Sequence record: DRR378314_949
Length of the DNA stretch: 43,678 nucleotides
Strand: one strand, 5' to 3'
Each line of letters opens with the position of its first letter. Within the stretch, counting starts at the first letter, position 1. Shown piece after piece: positions 40,091 to 43,678 of the stretch. A model generated the notes under the pieces. It did not search any database, was not told the origin of the DNA, and saw only the letters and a program-made list of their open reading frames with translations. Position numbers and translations under genes: made by a program.

Positions 40091-41443
40091 CTAGGTGAGG
40101 TTACTCTCATTTGACAACCGAAACCTTAGTCCCGGCTCGGCTCGCTCTGCTGTGAGGTGCCAACCATGCGCCGACGCAATCTCCTGACAAATCGATAAGC
40201 CCAGACCAGCCCCATGGTCTCGACGATGCTCGGCACGCCAGAAGCGTTCGAATAAGAGGGGAAGATGGACCGAATCGACGCCGGCCCCCCTGTCTCGCAC
40301 GGTTATTGTCTTGCTCTGGATCTCCACGCTGACCGATGTCTTCGCCGGCGCATGCTGAATAGCATTCTCCAGCAAATTTTTCAGCAGAGTGAAGCATGCC
40401 GAACGATCCGCCTTCCACCTCACGTCGCCGCCAGCAGCGCGAACCTTGAGGCGAACGTCCGCAGAGCCGGCCATGCGCTGCAAGTAGGAAGCGACCTCCT
40501 GGGCAACTTCCTGCACCGGCACAAGGGCGAAGTTGTAGTTTTGGGCCTCGCTTGCTTCAGCAAGGAGAAGAAGCTGCTGCACCTGCCGCGTCATGTATTC
40601 GACGTCGCTCAACAAAGAGTCGCCGTCGCTCCCTCCATCCTCTCTCAATTCGACCTGGGCGCGGATCAACGTGAGTGGTGTCTTCAGCTCATGTGCCGCG
40701 TTGGCGAGAAACTCCTGCTGTACGCGATAACCCCGTTCGAGACGTTCAAGGGCGTGATTGAAACTGTCGACCAGAGGGGCGATCTCCGTGGGAATTGTGT
40801 CTGTCTGCAGCCGGGCGTTGATGGAGATGGGGGAGATGGCCGCGGCGGATTCCGATACGTCCCGCAACGGCTTGAGGGTATAGCGCAGCGTGATGTAAGC
40901 ACACAAGCCGAAGGCGATAAACAGGACACTGCCGAATATTATGATGCCAGCCACTACCAATGGAAAAGCAGCGCCATAGAGGAGATCCACAAGCCTCGCA
41001 CTGGCAGCGAATTGTAGATGCCACATTCGGCCGGCATACTCGAGGGGCTGCGTGGCACCGAAAAAAGTGTTCCCCTTATGCTTGAAAGTAAAATTGCCGC
41101 GCTCCAACCGAAGAAGGCCGCCGCCGGCCAGCCAGAACTCCTTCCCTCTGCTTGAGAGGGCAGTCACCTTTCCGGCGTCATCCAGAACCCGATAGGCTGT
41201 TTCGCGGTATAACAACCAGGCGAGATCCTCTAGGCGGCGCGAGTCGATTCCCACGGGCCTACCATTACCGTCGAACTCGATATCGTCCGCCAGCCTCTCG
41301 GCGGCATCGGCCAGATCCATTCGCGCAAGCACATTGCTCTGAAGCAATATGACTGCAGCGATGACGAGCAGTGTAAGGCTGAGTACCACTCCTGCCACAT
41401 AGGCCAGTAGAATCTTCAGCCTCAGGCTATTGAACTGCATCAT
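40091..41443 (-). CDS. Sensor histidine kinase (2 TM, HAMP, HisKA, HATPase)
   Basis: H box FLANAAHELKTPL, N box NLLENAIQH, DRGAG, LFERFWR, GAGLGLSI; exact start uncertain (41440-41458). Confidence 0.93.
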   Translation of the reverse strand: MMQFNSLRLKILLAYVAGVVLSLTLLVIAAVILLQSNVLARMDLADAAERLADDIEFDGNGRPVGIDSRRLEDLAWLLYRETAYRVLDDAGKVTALSSRGKEFWLAGGGLLRLERGNFTFKHKGNTFFGATQPLEYAGRMWHLQFAASARLVDLLYGAAFPLVVAGIIIFGSVLFIAFGLCAYITLRYTLKPLRDVSESAAAISPISINARLQTDTIPTEIAPLVDSFNHALERLERGYRVQQEFLANAAHELKTPLTLIRAQVELREDGGSDGDSLLSDVEYMTRQVQQLLLLAEASEAQNYNFALVPVQEVAQEVASYLQRMAGSADVRLKVRAAGGDVRWKADRSACFTLLKNLLENAIQHAPAKTSVSVEIQSKTITVRDRGAGVDSVHLPLLFERFWRAEHRRDHGAGLGLSICQEIASAHGWHLTAERAEPGLRFRLSNESNLT

Positions 41444-42113
41444 CTTCGCGAAGCGCATACCCGAAACCTCTTACGTTGACGATCCGCTGGCACGAACCTA
41501 TGGCGAGCAGCTTGCGGCGCAGGCGATGCAGGGCCACGTCCAGAGCGTTCGGTGTGACCGCCTCGCTTAGTCCCCACGCCGCTGCTTCCAGTGCGCTGCG
41601 GCGCACCAGTTCTTTGGGCTTGAACAAGAGCAATTGCATGATGTGCAGCTCCGCCGGGGCGAGGGTGACGCTTTTGTCGTCGCTGCACAGCACCCCGGTT
41701 TCGGGGCGCAGGGTGAGATCGCCATGGCTGGGGTCGAATGGGTGAAATTCCACTGGGCGGCGCAGAAGGGCCCGGACACGCGCGACCATCTCGTCCATGG
41801 CGAAGGGCTTGGGCAAATAGTCGTCGGCACCTGCTTCGAGCCCCTGTACCCGGTCATGCAACGCATCACGTGCCGTCAACACGAGGCAGGGAATGCCAAG
41901 AGCCTCACTGCGGAGCTTTTTCAGCAGGAGGAGGCCATCCCCGTCCGGTAATCCCCTATCGAGAATCAATGCCTGATAGGGCATCTGCTTGACGGCAGCC
42001 CATGCGCCACTGATGTGGCCGGCTACATCGACGGCGATGCCGGCAGCCTCCAGCCCCTTGCACATCAGCCGAGCCAGCCGGTCGTGGTCCTCGACCAGGA
42101 GTATTCGGCTCAT
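41427..42113 (-). CDS. OmpR-family response regulator (QseB/PmrA-like)
   Basis: RILLVED, ILDRGLPDGDG, LTARD, GADDYLPKPF, wHTH 'LHRLRRKL...NVRGFGY'. Confidence 0.94.
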   Translation of the reverse strand: MSRILLVEDHDRLARLMCKGLEAAGIAVDVAGHISGAWAAVKQMPYQALILDRGLPDGDGLLLLKKLRSEALGIPCLVLTARDALHDRVQGLEAGADDYLPKPFAMDEMVARVRALLRRPVEFHPFDPSHGDLTLRPETGVLCSDDKSVTLAPAELHIMQLLLFKPKELVRRSALEAAAWGLSEAVTPNALDVALHRLRRKLLAIGSCQRIVNVRGFGYALREDDAVQ

Positions 42114-42937
42114 CAGAAGCGGTAGATATAGCCAAGGGTCAAGCTATTAGCGGTTGAGAGATCCACCAGTGGGCTATCCTTGATCTCATCCGCCAAGCCC
42201 GTCACTTGGATCTGCATGAGCACAGTATGGTGTCTTTTGAACATATAGATGCCACTCACCCCCGCCTCGATATTGGTAACGGACTCCCCCGTATACGCGG
42301 GGCGGTCGATACGAACCTCGCCGTCGCTAACGCCGAAATAGTAATCCACGGTCCTCTTATTCTGCCAGTTCGCCCCCAGATGCGGAATGAGTAAAAAATG
42401 ATAGCCGATGTGCCAAGTCCTCTCCAGGCTAAGGTTAACTACTTGGCCATTGCTGTTGTCTGAGGCGTCGGCAAGCCATTCAGCGCTGACATTAACCAGG
42501 TCGCTGCTCCACTCAATCTTCGCGCCCGCCCAAAAGCCGCCCTTGCGCTCACTCATGCCGTCGAGGATCGGGGCGTCGCCTTCCTCGTAACCGCTGCCGT
42601 CGTACTTGCCGACGATACCAAAATTGAGCCGTTGAGAGTCATGTATGTCGAAACTTGGCAGTTTGAACTCAATTCGGGGACCGAAGAGGTGAATGTACTG
42701 GTTCTCGACCTCAAGTAGAGGTATTAGCATGTTTTCCCGATCGATACCGGTGTAAGGCTCCTGCTGACTCGATTCGCCCAGCCCCAGCCCCCAAGTCGTG
42801 GTGGAGGACAACCTGGGGTCGGTTGGCTCCTGGGCCGTGGCTGTCACCGAGGCGCAGAGGCCAAAGGCGAGGTTTGAAACAGCAGTCATGCGGGAGGTGG
42901 AACCGCGGGTGACGGAGGCAAATGGGCGGGGCGACAT
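42113..42937 (-). CDS. MipA/OmpV family outer-membrane protein
   Basis: Signal-like N-terminus, 'WGLGLG', 'DYYFGV', 'IKDSPLVD', C-terminal YRF; TGATG coupling to the regulator gene. Confidence 0.88.
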   Translation of the reverse strand: MSPRPFASVTRGSTSRMTAVSNLAFGLCASVTATAQEPTDPRLSSTTTWGLGLGESSQQEPYTGIDRENMLIPLLEVENQYIHLFGPRIEFKLPSFDIHDSQRLNFGIVGKYDGSGYEEGDAPILDGMSERKGGFWAGAKIEWSSDLVNVSAEWLADASDNSNGQVVNLSLERTWHIGYHFLLIPHLGANWQNKRTVDYYFGVSDGEVRIDRPAYTGESVTNIEAGVSGIYMFKRHHTVLMQIQVTGLADEIKDSPLVDLSTANSLTLGYIYRF

Positions 42938-42984
42938 GAGCGGAATCTTCTATGGTTGAAAGAAGTTCACTCTCGCAGCCACCT

Positions 42985-43001
42985 ACTTACGGAAGACTTA
43001 C
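42985..43001 (-). promoter_or_regulatory. Putative OmpR-family direct-repeat box upstream of mipA
   Basis: ACTTAC-N5-ACTTAC (11-bp period), 48-64 bp before the start. Confidence 0.45.
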
Positions 43002-43092
43002 CGGATCCGCTCAATCGCTCCGAATCATCAGTGACATTTCTGAAAGGCGCATTGTCGGATAGTTGTTGTCTACTGATTAACGAGGATATCGT

Positions 43093-43366
43093 ATGCTCCC
43101 ATACACTGATGCCATTCCTGTTGTCGTCATGCCCCACCATCGAATTGTGGCAAGCATCAAGGTGGTTTCCAGCCACAAGTCCCCGCTGCTTAAGGTCTGG
43201 CTCGTTACCGCTACCACTCCCGCCACAATGCTCATTGGGTGTGCGTCGAGCATGCACGACGCCATACCCGAAACCCTGCTCGGCAGCTCCACGGTGCCTG
43301 TTGCCAGGCAATGCCATGCGCCGTTGCTCCGCGGCCGCCGACGCGGCGGTCGCCGAAACCGAGAAC
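43093..43366 (+). pseudogene. Possible 5' remnant of a lipoprotein gene divergent from mipA
   Basis: Lipobox-like 'MLIG-CAS' then 'DAIPETLLGSSTVP'; reading frame degenerates afterwards. Confidence 0.3.
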
Positions 43367-43539
43367 ACCGCGCGACAGTTTCTCGATAAAAACTCGTGCT
43401 GGATATCCGCAACGAGTTGCGGGAGACCGGCATGGATCCCGGACTGCTGGAACTGGGGATTACCGAGATGACGATCATGCAGAATATGAAGGCGACGATC
43501 GGTATCCTTCAGGAGCTGAAACAGTTGGGGGTGCGTATC
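43367..43539 (+). pseudogene. Frameshifted internal fragment of an EAL domain
   Basis: 'ARQFLDK' then frameshift in A5 run (43388-43392) to 'LVLDIRNELRETGMDPGLLELGITEMTIMQNMKATIGILQELKQLGVRI'; breaks off before the expected DDFG. Confidence 0.75.
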
Positions 43540-43678
43540 GGGGGGAGTCCACCCGTACCCAAGGCAGGGGTTTTACCTTGTTGTCAGACTTCCTGGCTGT
43601 GTAAGTCTAACCACAGACAGCTTGGTAGCACAGGGCGCGTCAGTAGACAGTGCGGCGCTCATGGCGGGTTGGCTTACG

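Noticed and set aside
43605-43674. Integron attC site
   Set aside because: R'' fits but R' (GTTGGCT) is imperfect, L boxes do not pair and no cassette or intI is present; kept only as an unexplained structure

Overview
Gammaproteobacterial chromosomal window, most likely Marinobacter-like (inferred from protein character and gene order, not a database search). Bases 1 to ~12.9 kb are GC-rich core-type DNA: TetR+YciI, PhzF, MocR regulator, EXXH metalloprotein, DegV, hypothetical, LysE, then fdxA-mutS-cinA/pncC-recA with a clear LexA box. No recX follows recA; the sequence becomes visibly more AT-rich and accessory-like. It holds four modules. (i) A signalling cassette: an orphan LuxO-like sigma54 activator, a -24/-12 promoter, an MCP, a GAF-degenerate GGDEF-EAL protein and CheV. 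(ii) A decayed IS3-family element. (iii) A ~20 kb self-contained mannitol/arabitol module: mtlEFGK-pgi-fructokinase, an MtlR-like AraC, LamB porin-HAD-mannitol dehydrogenase-xylulokinase-tal-tkt, a second MCP and a second MtlR-like AraC. (iv) A MipA/OmpV-response regulator-kinase operon followed by gene debris and a structured element at the window edge. The strongest sequence-level observation is a 46-bp operator/-35 block shared by the mtlE and lamB promoters, with a related box before the second MCP. This suggests one regulon that couples polyol uptake, catabolism and chemotaxis.
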